From: Chlorokybus atmophyticus
Lineage: Eukaryota; Plantae; Mesostigma and Chlorokybus algae
Reading direction: 5' to 3'
Assembly: GCA_009103225.1 (NCBI GenBank)
Contig: RHPI01001168.1
Coordinates: 311,337 to 375,336, forward strand
Length of the DNA: 64,000 nucleotides
Positions 24,003-38,631 of this stretch are shown here, piece by piece. A program made the position numbers and the translations under genes. Below the pieces are notes generated by a model. The model had not been told where the DNA came from. It made no database searches and saw only the letters and a list, made by a program, of their open reading frames with translations. Within the stretch, counting starts at the first letter, position 1, and every line of letters starts with the position of its first letter.

Positions 24003-25656
24003 TCAAGTGTATGTGGCAAGGAAGCGAAGCGCATCTATCAATATGGTGTCCTCGACCGGGAGTATTGAGTGACTCAGTTGTCAATTCGAGTCTGACAAGC
24101 TCGTGAATCGTCTTTGGGTACGCCATCACAGTTGCCGACACATTCTATGCGCGCATCTTGGCAACGTGCAACTTGTTTCTGTCGAGCAACACGTCGTACT
24201 GGGCAGCAGCAACACAGGTCGGCGGGTTGACGTGAGGTTGGTCCCAATCAAATCCAGGTCCCAATTAATTCCATCGAAGTATGCGTCCATGCACAACCTG
24301 ATGGTGTCGTGTGAGAGGATGTAGCCCCAGTGTTCCCATCTTTGATCAAAGTCCACCATCTGCGATCCTGCGGGCAAGGGACAGATAAGTGCTTGCGCCA
24401 CGAGTCGCGGAATGAAACAACTCAGCGCTTTGGTTGGCTTCCACCGCCAAATAGTGCGCCAGAGTGCCGCTCACACTGTTACTCATCAAAACAGTCCTGC
24501 ATAGCGATCCTTCTCAATGCCTGTTGGGAATTGCACTTGCACGCATCCACACGCCCACGCGCGCTTGCACGCACGCACATCACAGGCATGCGCGCAACAC
24601 ACTGTACTGTCACAGTACAACGCTTGTAACGGTCACAAGAATGCAATGTTTAGACAACTTGCGCTGTTTTGTGCGGTTGATGATGGTTGCAAACAGCGGT
24701 GCAGCAGGACAGACCTGCTGATGTCCACGTACTGCGCCAGCCATGGCTCGGACTCCACACGTTCCGGGACCCAATGCAGTGCATTGTACACGCCGTCATG
24801 CGCGGCAGGGCAGCGATGATCTGGCGTGTCAGTTGAGGCCACCACGAGGGAGCCCTGCACACAACAAGAAGATGAGTGACATGTGGGTGCGTGCCGCACG
24901 CACCCAAGCCGCGCAGCGGGCTGCGCGGTGCTCGTGCATGTTGCTCACTTCAACACCACAGCAGCGAGCAGCAACCGACTTAGCCTGTATTAACTTCTTA
25001 TGACAGTGACATGCCATGCATGCGAGAACACTTGTCTGCACCTGTTGCGCAAGGCGTTTGCATGATTTGTGACACGCGGACGTCGATGCTCTCCACAGCC
25101 CCAAACCGCCACCATGCATATAGGCAATGAGCGGCACTTTGCTGCCACCCACATCAGCAGTTCAGCACATGAGATTGCACACAGGCATGCAGGGGCATGC
25201 AGCCGCCAGCACACAGAAGACAGAGTGCCAGTTCATCACCCGCATGCACAGTCTCCGGAAGAAGGAGGCGCCGGCATCAATGTCACGGGTTTGCGACACC
25301 ATGCTTGAACCTGAGGCCATTCAAGCTGCCGGTTGTGAAGCAGCAGGACAGCCAGCAAGCCTTCACGCAGAACGTTCTTCCAAGTTCAATTGTACAAGTA
25401 CTCAAACCCAGACAAGCCTACCTTTCATCTGCTTTGCCCATCGGGAAGTCGGCGATCCACTGCCGCATCCAGCCTGGGCGGCTGTCCAGCGGCATGTACA
25501 GGCGCTGGAACACGGCTTTCCAGGCCAACAGCTTAAGTAGTAGAGCGCCACATCGTCGCCGTCGCCGTCGCCCTCAGCACTGCTGCTTGGCGACTCGCGC
25601 ACCCAAGCCACACCCAGCACGAAGCCAAGCCCAAGACTGCCTAGGTCCTCCAGCAC
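24003..25656 (-). pseudogene. Carboxylesterase (alpha/beta hydrolase-3, CXE family) pseudogene, paralog of the adjacent gene
   Basis: Same exon layout as 26988-28700 (YMHGGG, YPAAHD, EPWLA). Frameshifts in the first and last exons; GDSAGG is changed to SNSVSG. Confidence 0.85.
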
Positions 25657-26077
25657 GGACCCTGGGTACTCGCAGTGTATATATACGGAGGGGTTGGCGA
25701 CGTCGTCGTCGCAGCAGCGCGGACATCGCCGCGATACAGCCTGTCACTTACAGGGTCGCTAAGCGTGACGCGACTGTGATGCTTCAGTTACGTCGGTGGA
25801 GTCGCAGATACGCACCACGCACAAGTGCATGCAGGAAATGGTGACGTTGCAGCCATGCGTGGTTGCACAGCACAAGCGTGCAACTTTTTACTGCATGCAT
25901 GTCGTCGTGCTGGGAGTGACTTGTGACCATTGCAAGATTGGAACATTCGATCCCTCACGGGAGGACCGGCACCTGCCTTGGACTTGTCAACAGATGGTGT
26001 AGGCATGTGTGCACACGAGCACGCGCGCGGCTGGAAGAGGCAGGCAGGCAGGCACGCATGCACGCACGCACGCACGC

Positions 26078-26854
<777 letters not shown>

Positions 26855-26987
26855 GACATGGACATGGACTGTTCTTGAGCTGATCCCAAATGTGACTACG
26901 CAGATCTACGCAGAAGTCAGAACATGGTGTGATGGTTCTCAATTCACTTGTTATTTGTGGTAGTGCCAAAATAAAGCGATTTTCGCA

Positions 26988-28700
26988 TCAAGACACGTCA
27001 GTATGTGTATGAACAAAAGCAAGCACATCTTCTAGTATTGCGTCATCAACCGGTGTAAGCGGATTTGTCAAAAACCCGTGTATCTTCTTGGGGTACACAA
27101 CCAAGGTTGCGGACACGTTTTGCGCGAGTATTCCCGCAACGTACATCCTATTTCTATCTAACAACACGTCGTGCTCGGCAGCAGCAACATATGTTGGCGG
27201 CAACCTCTGCAAGTGTTGCGCTGGCGGGTTGGCGTGAGGATGGTCCCAGTCAAAGTCAGGACCAAAGTACGCATCCATGAACGTCCTCATGGTGTCGTAA
27301 GAAATCATGTAACCCCAATGTTCCCATCTTCGCTCAGAGTCCACCATCTGCGAGCCGGCAGTTACTGGATACAAAAGTGCTTGGGCCACAACTCGCAGAG
27401 GCTGCAACATCTCAGCGCTTTGATTGGCTTGCAGCGCCGCATAGTGCGCCAGATTGCCACCCGCACTGTCTCCTATCAAAACAGTCCTGCAAAGAAGTTC
27501 TTAGCAACAACCACTGCGGTATCCATGACATAGGAATCAGGTATCCATCAATGTACAGGCACCAATATACGGGACAGCTTTCGGTTGAATGTCTGTGATT
27601 GTCACCATCATGCTACATGCTGCATATAACATGCATGCCAACACGTGAGAAAGAGTGCATTGTAACCTGTAGTGCAGCTAGTGATGGTTGCAGACAGCAG
27701 CGGTACAGCAGCACTGACCTGCTGATGTCGGCAAATTTGGCCAGCCAAGGCTCAGACTCCGCATGTTTGGAGATCCAATGCAGTGCACTGTACACATCGT
27801 CATGTGCAGCAGGGTAGCGATGATCTGGTGCGCGTCTGTAGTCAATGGAGGCCACCAGAAGCGAGCTCTGTGCAAGCAAAGTACACGAGCGGGTTTGTGG
27901 ACACAATTAGTCAAGCATGCTACGACACTCACGCACGTTGCTGACTTTGTAAGCAGAGACCAATCAGCCCAGCAATGTAGTCACGACTGCACATATTGCA
28001 TGCATGATCAGGAACATGGTGTTTGCCCGTTGCACCTTGTGCGCGAGGTGTCTGCAGAAGTCATCGTAGATAGTTGAGGACGCTCGCATGATCACGAAAC
28101 CGCCACCATGCATGTAGACGATTAGGGGTAGTTTGCTGCCATCTGCAAGACAGTGCATGAGTCCGCACCCACAAACAGGTGCCTGTACTCGCACATTGTG
28201 AGAATGTGTGCGCACGGGTGCATGTGTATGCAAACGATGGATAATCCATCACCTGCATGCACGCTTTGCGGGAGGAAAAGTCGCACGGACACGCCGCCCG
28301 CATCAACGTCTCGGGTTGCAACACCATGCTTGAACCTGGGACCGTCATGCTCAGACCAACATGGACATGCACCTAAACTAATGGTGACGGGACAGCAAGC
28401 CTTCGTGCATGACCTTCTCGTCGTGGTTCAAGCACAAGTAACATACCGTTCGTCAGCTTTGACGAGCGGGCCGTCCGCAATCCACTGCCGCAGCCAGCCA
28501 ATGCGGCCGTTCAACGCAAGCGGCACGTACACATGCTGGAACGCCCAGGACGTCAGCTTGAGGTGGAGCGCCACGTCGTCGCCGGCATCACCACTGCGGG
28601 GCGACTCGCGCAACCATGCCACACACACAGCTGCCGCAACTGCCACCAGCACCACGGCCACCGCCGCCGCCGCCGCCGCCGCCCCCCTGCCCCCAGCCAT
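26988..28700 (-). CDS. Carboxylesterase, HSL/CXE (GID1-related) family with N-terminal hydrophobic anchor; 5 exons
   Basis: YMHGGGF oxyanion motif, IDYRRAPDHRYPAAHDD, GDSAGGN nucleophile Ser, EHDVL Asp, IHGF His; GT-AG introns. Confidence 0.92.
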
Positions 28701-29317
28701 GACGCTGACAACCTCCACACTGGGTGCACAAACCAAACCATTTGCATGGAGCTGGATCGCAATCGGGTGGTTAACGGCGTCTCGATCGGGGTCCGTAGGG
28801 AATTCCCCGTGAATTCTTTTTGAGGCCCTTGTTTTTGGGCCTTTTTTTGCGCAAGCAGCCTGCTCGCCTGCTAGGCAAGCAGGCGAGCAAGTAGGTGGGT
28901 TAGCTGTCGGGCGTGGTGGAGAAGGGGAAGGGGGTGGATGCTCGGGCTGGCGGCGGCGGTGGTCCGCCGGGGACAACGGAAAGGGGGGAGCTGAAGTCGG
29001 CCGTCGAAGGACGGCGGTTGCTAGGCATGGCGGTGGCTGGGACTGTCCTACCCAGTTGAGACTGACTTGGGCGTAGGCCTGGTTGGGGTGGTGGGGGTGG
29101 TGGTCGCCCCCGCCCTTGCCGCTCGGGTGCAGCAAGTAAGCAAGCACCGGGGGGCATTGTCACCTGTCACCGGGCAAGCTCGGTCGCAGTCTAGCCCTCG
29201 GCAAGTAAGGGTTGCTGCGATAGGCATTTCTCTCCGCCCCCCAGCAGAGAGCAGCATCGGTCTCACCAAAAGCGGCCAGGCTTAAGCAGCAGCGCAGCAA
29301 GCAGAAGCCTGTGCAGC

Positions 29318-32300
29318 ATGTCGGCGGCAGCGGCGGCGGCGTCGGTTGCTTGCCATTGCTCGACGTCCTCACTGTCCTCCACCGGCGCGGCGCTCCCCAC
29401 GTCTGGCGCTTCCAGCTGCAGCTCGCCGTCCAGGCCTGCGGTAAGCCCAGCCCTCTTGCTCAGCTCAAGCACAATTTGCGTGCCTGCTGTCATGCATCCC
29501 ATGTGGCATTCCGTTGCAGAGTGCTGTGCGTCATGCATGCGCAGTACATTCAATCGATGATTGGTGCCTGCACATCCTCTGTCTCTGTGAGGAAACCCCC
29601 GATTTTAACCCAGCAGCGCATTGGAGCGGCATATTGCATGGCGACAAACGTTTACCCACCCCACCCCCCCCCCCCTCGGGCAACTACCTACCTACCGTCA
29701 ATCAAACTCCATAGTGTAAAGGCTTGTCTTAATTTGTGCAGAGCAAGCTGCTGTGTCTCATCGTGCAATGTGTGCTTCAAAACATGCAGCCATGCCGCTT
29801 CAAGTTGTCCTTCTGCCTAGCTGCGGCCATTCCTTCTGATCCCAAGCATTGCAAGTTTTCTTTGTTGCAATAGACATGTACAGGTAATCTGCATGTGTGA
29901 TTGCTTGCTGGCATATGGCATATGTGCATTGTGGCATGTGCTGAGTAATTGCTATGCTGGCAATGCAGCTGTTTGCGTTTCAATCGAATTGACCATTGCT
30001 TTTCTGGGTTGGTGGTTGGCTGGGGTATCAACAAGCACATGTGTACCACGGGATCTGTGTAGCTTGGGGTTTTCACAGTGCGCTTTTACGCGCTCAACTA
30101 AACAAACTCTTGCACACAGGGTCTATACAGAGAGAATGCCCTGTGTCTGCGTGGGTCCAAGCGTGGGTTGATTGCCAGCAGCAGAAGGGGATCTTTGTTG
30201 CAACTCAGCTCACGTCGCTCTGGGAGGTCAAGTGTGCGACCCAGACAAGCAATCAGTATGGATGCTGAGTTTGTCCCCGCGGACACCTCTAGTGTAAGCT
30301 GACCATGAACACTTGCTGTAGCCGTGCCTGCAGCAGCAAGCGCATGCTATGTACTGCTGCTGCATGATGCGAGTATCTGCCACGCACAGGCGTCCACGTC
30401 ACCATCCCCTGCTGACGCCGCGCACAGAACAACCGTTGGTGGGTTGAACGGGGAACAGCCAGAAACAGTGGGCAGGACATATGGGGTTGCAGCCGGGACG
30501 CCCGAGCCGTTGGGACCATCGTTGGGAGCAGACGGACGGGGGGTGAACTTCGCGTTGTTCTCAGAACATGCGAGCTTTGTGACTCTTTGCATGTGAGTTG
30601 GAGCTGATTGTTCGCACACCTGCATGCCTGCATACATACAGAGAGGTTTACTGCCGCATATTGTGGCTAGCACTGATATTGTTGGCATGCCGTCCTGTGC
30701 CCTCCCTGTCTGTAAAGTGTTGATCCAAAAACAAATGTGTTGCTCAGCGACATTGGTGTGGCAGATTGGAAGACCCACGCAGCAATGAGCCTACAAAAGA
30801 GTACAATCTGGATCCAAGCACACACAGGACTGGAAACGTGTGGCATATTTGCTTAGAGGTGTGGACAACTCGGACAGATTGTCGTCCTCAACAAGCCTTC
30901 AGTGTGCCTTACTTACCATGTTTGTATAGGGGATGCCACTACGCGGCCTGCGTTACTCATACCGGGTAGGAGGCGAGGGAGGTTGGGACAAGGGTCACAG
31001 GTGGGATCCATCGGCGTTGCTCTTGGACCCTTACGCTCCACTTGTGGAAGGGCGTCGTGTGTTCAATGAGGGCGGAATTCAACCATTCTTTGGAACCTTT
31101 GCGTTGGATGAGGAGCCCTTTGACTGGGGAGCTAACTACAGCCGACCGTCCATAGAAGAGGTGCCAGTGCTTGCTGACTATGGCATCGACCTTTGAACAG
31201 GGCCATGCACAGTGCACAACTTGTCATGTAGTTGGTGTACTGACGGAGTTCTAATTGTTACAGAAAGATACTGTGGTATACGAAATGAACGTGCGTGCTT
31301 TCACTGCTGATTCATCAAGCGGGCTGCCAAAGGAGCTTCGAGGCAGCTATCTTGGTGTTAAAGAAAAGGTGAGTGCCCTTTGCAAGACACAAGAAGACGT
31401 CAGTTGCATGCTGCACAAAGCAACTGTGCAGATGCATAGGAATGTAATACGCTGGATGTCTTCAGGTTGGGTATCTTAAGGAGCTTGGAGTAAACTGCGT
31501 TGAGTTGCTGCCAGTGCATGAGTTTGATGAATTGGAGTTTCAAAGAAGACCCAACCCGCGTGATCATTTGGTGAATACCTGGGGTTATTCCACTATCAAC
31601 TTCTTTGCTCCAATGACGCGTTATGCTAGTGGTGGGAAAGGTCCTTTGGCCGCCGCAAGAGAGTTCAAGGAGATGGTGAAAGCCCTACATGACGAAGGCA
31701 TTCTGGTATGCTGTGGTGTCTCTGTGGGTGATGCATCGGTGCAATTGCGCAGAATGTCAATGACTGAATACTGCTTACCTTGTAGGTAATACTGGATGTC
31801 GTGTACAACCACACCAACGAGAGCGATGACAAGTTTCCATTCCTGACATCATTTCGAGGAATTGACAACGCGGTGTACTACATGGTCGACTTCAACAGCT
31901 ACGTACAGCTGCGCAACTATGCCGGCTGCGGCAACACCTTCAATTGCAACCATCCTGTAGTCAAGCAGCTAATTCTCGATAGCTTGCGCCACTGGGTGAC
32001 CGAGTATCATGTCGATGGCTTTCGCTTTGACCTGGCCAGCGTGCTCTGCCGTGGCACTGATGGGGCACCGCTTACTTCGCCTCCTGTGCTGGAGGTTGTG
32101 CCTTGTGCCAGTTCAGTGTTTGACTTTGACCGCGGGCAGCTGGTCTGCCGCACGCGCTAACTGCTGGTTGGCAGGCTATTGCGAAAGACCCCATCCTGTC
32201 CAAAGTGAAGCTGATTGCAGAGCCGTGGGACTGTGGAGGTCTGTATCAAGTGGGAAGCTTCCCCAACTGGGAGAAGTTTGCTGAGTGGAATGGCCGCTAC

Positions 32301-33398
32301 CGCGATGATGTGCGGCGGTTTCTCAAGGGCACGCCCGGCCACAAGTCGCCATTTGCTACGCGCCTGGCAGGTACTGCCGCAATCACCGAGGTGATGTCTT
32401 TTGTTTTGCACAGTCCGCCTTGTAGGGGCACACATTGATGCTGGAGCACCTTGAATTGCAGGCTCAGCGGATCTGTATGCTGCCAGCAACCGCAAGCCTT
32501 ACCACAGCATCAACTTTGTCATTGCTCATGATGGCTTCACCCTAAGGGACTTGGTATCCTACAACTTCAAGCACAATGAGGCTAATGGCGAGGGCGGCCT
32601 GGATGGAAGCAATGACAATGAGAGTTGGAACTGCGGTGTGGAAGGTGTGACCAATGACCAAGGCATCATTGGGTTGCGCTGGCGCCAGATGAAAAACTTC
32701 ATGGTCGCCCTCATTGTGTCACAGGTAAGCGCACAGACTGCAGGCCACTACTGCCTGCGCTCTAGGCCCTTGTTTGTGTGGAGTCTAAGTGATTGCGGCT
32801 CAAAACTTACCTGCAATCTCACTATCAGGGCACACCAATGGTTTTGATGGGTGACGAGTATGGGCATACACGTGAAGGCAACAACAACAGCTATGGTCAT
32901 GACAACCGACTCAACCACTTTCAATGGGATGAGCTTGAGTCGCTGAAAGCAGGCTTTTTCCGGTTTTACAGCGGGTTGATAAAGTTTCGCGTGGAGCATC
33001 CCTTACTTGGTAGAAATGCTTTTCTCAGCAACAGCGAAATCACTTGGCATGAGGACCGCTGGGACGACTGGCAGGTAATGTGTCGATGTGACAGAAGCTG
33101 ACTTCAATCTGTTTATTGCCTTACTCACCAGTACCATGTGCATGTGCAGAGCCGTTTTCTAGCCTTCAGCTTGCACGAGGGACACCACGGTTGTGGCGAT
33201 TTGTACGTCGCCTTTAATGCCCATCACTTCTGGGTAGAGGCCCTGCTTCCACCTTGCCCAAACAACAACAAGCGCTGGGTGCGGCTGGTTGATACAAACC
33301 TGCCTTCACCAGATGACTTCATCCCCGAGGGCGTCACTGGGTTGGGTGCGACATATAACATCGCTCCGTATTCTTCAATTCTACTGGTAGCCAGGTGA
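29318..33398 (+). CDS. ISA3: Isoamylase 3 (GH13 starch debranching enzyme), plastid-targeted, multi-exon
   Basis: Ser/Ala-rich transit peptide [18 protein letters not shown] in exon 29318-29440. Motifs [63 protein letters not shown] (ISA3-type), [12 protein letters not shown]. Confidence 0.95.
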
Positions 33399-34115
33399 CA
33401 GGCTGTCACGTTAAATTGCAGGACCAATGACAGACTTGGCTGGTTTTCTTAGTTTCAGCATGTTGTATACAGTGCGCAGTGCGCTGAATATACTAGCAGG
33501 TGTAGCGCCGCCCAACTCTGTATCACCCGGCATATTTCCCTCAATCAGGCAAACTTGGTGTGACTTGGCAGATACGATTGCGCAAATGTTTTGTTATGTG
33601 TGTGTCGTGCGCCTTGCAGTGTAGTGGGCGGTTGGCAGCCGTTAGCCCTCCAGAACAGCTAGATGATATATTGTTGCATATTGTGATATGTAATACCTAG
33701 TGCTCCTTGGTTTGGTTTCTGCTTGAGCCGCTTGTGGCGAATCCGTCAGACTTTCTCTTATGACAAATGTTGCTGATGATCCACGGTAATCAGTTTCAGT
33801 TGCAGATGAGCCCGTGTCATTTTCACAACAACAATGTGAGGTGCAGACACGCAACCACAACCGCACTTTCCCATGTCCCACACAGCGAGCACATAGGTCA
33901 AACCTACCTGGTGTTGTGCCCGCCTCTCTCCATTGATAATCCCCAGCATCCAAGCCCCTCACCTTCTGTTTGCCCACCTGCACCACCAGGCCCACTCAGC
34001 CTGCCTGCGTTGTGCAAACCGCTCAGGCACAGGCGCGGAGGCATCACCGGCCGCCGCTGGGCCTTGGCGGCGGCGACGGCGGCGGTGGCGGCGGCAGTGG
34101 GCTCTGGCGGCGGCC

Positions 34116-35867
34116 ATGGGTTGCGCGGCGGCGTCGTTGCTGTGGTGGTGGGTGGCAGCCGTAGCTGCCGGGCTGCTCAGCCAGGGCGGTGCTGCGGCTG
34201 ACTCCCGGCCTTGCACATGGCGGGACCCCGTGTCCGGCGTGAGGTACGACTTGTCGCCGCTGCAGGCCAAGGCGGAGTCGGCGGGCGCGGGGCACTACGT
34301 CATCAAGAGCGTCGCGCCGCAGGACCTCAGCCACGACTCGGCGCACGTCAACGTCGACCACGACGACGCCGTGGATCCCAACATGCACCACTACGGGTTA
34401 GCTCGACATGCATGCAGGCGCGGTGCCTGTTGATCATGCGCCTGTGATGGGACACTCTGCACTGCACGCTTGCTTGCTTGCATGTTGCCTTTCTTATTGA
34501 GTCATATGCATGCGCAAGTCTGTAACATCGCGGTACTCACGATGAGACTCTGTGCCTGTGGCAGCCTGGACGGGCTGTATCACATCCCTGCCGAGCGCGA
34601 AAAGTAAGTGAGTGAGTGAGGTAATGCTGTGTGCTGCTGCTGCTGCCTCAACAAGAGACAGCGCGCAGACATGTATCTGGCACACATTACAGGTACGATT
34701 ACTACATCAACGTGTGCGCGAACGTGCACCACAAACCGCGTGTCTGCCTCGGCAAGCCAGACGCACCCGCCTACCAGATTGTATCGGTGAGCGCTGGCAT
34801 GGAATAAAGACCGTTGTTTGGCGTGTGTTTCTGCATGTGTCAATGATGCGAGTTGTTGTGCGCAGGATCAAAGAGATTCATATGTAAAGCACTGGCACAA
34901 CCCGGCGTGCTTCGTACTCGGGTGAGCCTAACCCAAAACTCACTCACAGACGGAGTACAACAGCACATACCTACTTATGCACACGCACACAGCCCCGAGG
35001 CACGTATGCATGCGCGTGTTTGTCTTGTCAGGTCGTTGCGCAACATGACGTGGGCGCTGGCGGACCCGGGCAGGCCCGATGCCGGGGTCAAGATAACGTA
35101 CCACGACGGAGAGGCCTGTCTGCAGTCGTACTTCATCACCAATGGCACCGGTATGCAACATGCATGCCCTTGCTGCTTGCCAGTCTCCTATGGCGCCGGT
35201 GATGATGCTTGCAATATATATTCGTACTGTATGACAGCGTCGTAGCACGCTCATGAGCACACCACTTTGCACTGAGGCGCTCATTATTGTGTTGCTTGTG
35301 TTGCTGCGACGGATGAGAACCGACCAACTTGTTACTGGATGCGTGTTGTTGTGGTCAGGTCACCAAGAAGAGCACTGGAGGAAGATCCCGCGTCAGGTAC
35401 AGTCCTCACCGACACATATGAAGCATAACCATGCCCACGCTGACAGTGTTGCGCGCGTGCAGATGAGTCTGAAGCTCGTGTGCGACGAGCGTCCTCCCAA
35501 AGCCCTCAGCGGCAGCAAGGCCTCCGACCCTATGCTCGGCGCGTACGCTCACGAGCCTAGCATGTGCGCCTACGAGGTGGTTTGGCCCACGCCCCTCGCC
35601 TGCCCCGTGGTCCACTCCTTTTCCCTCTCCTCTCTCTCCTCCCTCCTCGCCTTCTTCCTCCTCGCCCTCCTGGCGGTCGCGCTGACGGGCGGCGTGCTGA
35701 TCGCCGCGGCCGCAGCCAAACACCGCAACCCCACGCGATGGGCGACGAGGGCGATACCGATGCTGGTGCGAGGCGACAAGGATGCGTGGAGGGACCTGGG
35801 GGCGACGCTGAGGATGAGAGGGAGAGGAGGGAGGAGAGACACGCTGCCAGTCATGAAGGGAATGTAG
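34116..35867 (+). CDS. Type I membrane protein with mannose-6-phosphate receptor homology (MRH/ATG27-like) domain; 6 exons
   Basis: Signal peptide, then CTWRDPVSGVRYDLSPL, YYINVC, AYQI, VKITYHDGEAC, RQMSLKLVC, EPSMCAYEVVWPTPLAC, a TM helix and a basic tail. Exons splice in consistent phases. Confidence 0.85.
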
Positions 35868-36383
35868 CACGTGTGTCGGACTCGATTTTGTTGTGGTGTT
35901 GGTGCTGCATAAATGGAGTTGCGTTGTGTGGTTGCCCGCTTGGCAGCTAGAATGTGGCAAAGGCATGTTGCTGCGCGTCGAGTTGATTGGGACACGACTG
36001 AGAGAGCAGAGTCAACTGCAAACCTGTCAGCATTGGTCAACTGGAAGCAATTATCACGTGTTCGTTAACAATCAGTTGCTAGAGACTATTCACCACGCAA
36101 TGTGCTTTGGATGGTGATAGTCCTGTCACCCGCTGTTTTCGCACGAGGCTGTCCACACTTATCTACAGCTAAACAACTAGTATAAACTATGTACAAACAA
36201 TCAGTTACGGATTGGTGGGAGGTGCGTGCGTGTCAGCTGATGGAGGAGGAGGTGGCCAGAAGCTGCCCCTGAGCTCTGAGAGCTCTAAGACGCTCCAGCG
36301 CATCGTCCACCGCCGCTGCCCTGCGCGAGGGGGACTCACCCTGCAGCCCCGCCTCCTCAACGACATCATCGCCCTCCTCCTCC

Positions 36384-37178
36384 ATGCGAGCGTCGGCGTC
36401 CTCGCCGCAGGCCGCCGCAGGCGTGTCCGTCAACCGCCTCCCCGCCTCCCTGAGCAGCCGCAGCAGCACCAGCCTGTGCTCCACCCGCACCTCCTCCACC
36501 TCCTGGACGACGACCGGGCTGCTGCTCTGCGCGCCCAACCACGCCAGACCAGGGCTGCTCAGCCCAGCGGCAGATGCCTTTTTCCTGTCGACACGGTCCA
36601 CCTGTTCCTCCCCCTCAACATCCTTGGCCTCGGCCTCCTGCGGCCTCTCTTCCGCAGCGGGAGGAGGCGACAACGACACCGCCCCGCTGCCCGACGACGT
36701 GCGCCTACGCCGGCGCAGCTGCGCCGGCATGAGCGACACCTTGGTCGCAGGCATCCTCGCCGCCGCCGCCTGCACCTTGCATGTGCATTTGTCAACGACA
36801 TGCTGCAAGTCGTGCCGCATGGCGTCAGTCATGGCGGCGGTAGGGGCGGGGGCCGTGTGGACTGGGAGTGGCGGGCTGTCAGCGTCTTCCCCCCCAGCCC
36901 TGCCGCGCAGCAGGAGACGGCGGCGGTGGGGTCCAGGAGCAGGGAGGGTGTCTGCTCGCTGGCGTGGTCTTGAGGCTGTTGATTGGGAGGGCGGCGAGGC
37001 GTCTGCTTCCTCCGAGCTGTGCGCGAGGCGGGTGTCGCCTCCCTGGCGCGTGCTTCTTCTCTCCGACGGCAGCGTCACGCGACACCTGCAGGCAGCCACG
37101 GGGAACGCCATAGACACGGACTGCCTCGCCATGCAGGCAGAGGAACAGGAGGAGGAGGGGGGACAGCAGCCGTTGCAT

Positions 37179-37209
<31 letters not shown>

Positions 37210-37537
37210 AGATCGGACCTGGTCCCAGGATCAGGCGCGAGGTGGTGCTGAGAGACGCGCACGGCAACGCCCTCGTCTACGCAGCATCATGGTCAGAACG
37301 CATGATATCACGCACGACTCGCGTCAACTGCGTTGCTGTTGCTGTTGCTGTTGCTATGTGACAACGTTTGGGTAGATTGGTTACGTCAGAGTTTGCTGCA
37401 AGCATGTCCAGAAGCGATGGTAAACACCACAACGCACGCGGACGCATCTTGCGTGCTCGTATCACGCGTGCATATGCGTACTTGCGCGTGCGCGTGCGCG
37501 TGCGCGTGCGCGTGCGCGTGTGTGTGCGTGTGCGCGC

Positions 37538-37584
<47 letters not shown>

Positions 37585-37975
37585 TGTCAAGTTGTGCCCG
37601 AGAAGATCGAGCCCTTTGTGTCTGTGTCTTGAAGAAAGGTGGCGCGAGGAGGACGTGTCTCGGTACCTGAACGCGGACGTGCGCACCCCCATCTGGTCTT
37701 CCCTGGCCAGCAAGCGCATCGAGCTCTTCCGCGACATACGCAGCGTGCAGCACGGGCGCGCGGGACAACTCATGGCACAACACCTCGCGCTCGCACACGA
37801 TGGCGACAGCGACAACAGCAGCAGCAACACGAGGCTTCTGTGGGCGCGCGAGTACCTTTTCTGGCACGGCGGACGGCCCCTCACCGCCATATTCGAGGCG
37901 TTCTCACCCGCGCTGCAGATGTATTTCGGGCCAACATATGCTCCTGCTCCTCCACACGCCCACGATCGACAATGA
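36384..37975 (+). CDS. Ycf21/DUF98 chorismate pyruvate-lyase-like protein with a long transit-peptide-like N-terminus
   Basis: WRVLLLSDGSVTRHLQ, IRREVVLRD...LVYAASW|W, PIWSSLASKRIELFRDI, LWAREYLFWHGGRPLTAIFEAFSPAL; one intron containing (GT)n. Confidence 0.85.
37487..37590. repeat. (GTGCGC)n/(GT)n microsatellite in an intron
   Basis: Seen directly. Confidence 0.9.
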
Positions 37976-38631
37976 CACTGTCTTTCTGCGGCTGCGGTAT
38001 GTTGAATTATTACAGCGATTGTGGGGGGTTAACACACCCGGTTTGCTTACATGGTGGAGATTAGTTGACATCGCATCAACAACTCGATGCTGTTGTTGTC
38101 CCACTCGCAGGCCAGCACAGTGCTGTGGTGGGGTGGCGCTTGGCACGTACAACAAGGTGCACGCAGAGAGTTTGCATAGAGAGAGTTGGCTGGACAGCGC
38201 AGGGTTGGAATTGTGAAGCGGCGAGTGTTTGTCTTGGGATGCCTGTGAATGTGCTACGTGGCTAAGCGGCTACACACACTTGTTGCAGCTACTAGGTAGC
38301 ATCAGCCTGCAAGTGCTGTCTGGTGCGGTGCACATGATGCACATGATGGGCGTGTGGTGCATCTGTGGCGGAGACTGACGTTGCCATCAGACAGAGAACT
38401 GTGTTATCCTGTTGGTGGTTGTTGTGTCTCGACCAATTTGAACGGTTACAAACAGCAACCAAATCAGTTGCTTCCTGTACATGTTCTCCAAGTTGCATGT
38501 GTTCATTGCACAACCACAATCGTGCTATATACTGTGCTTAGTATCAACTGTATACTCGCACTGCTCTCATCTCCGCCCATTGATTATTCTACACAGACTA
38601 GCATCATATATGATATATGCGTGTCGCAGCT

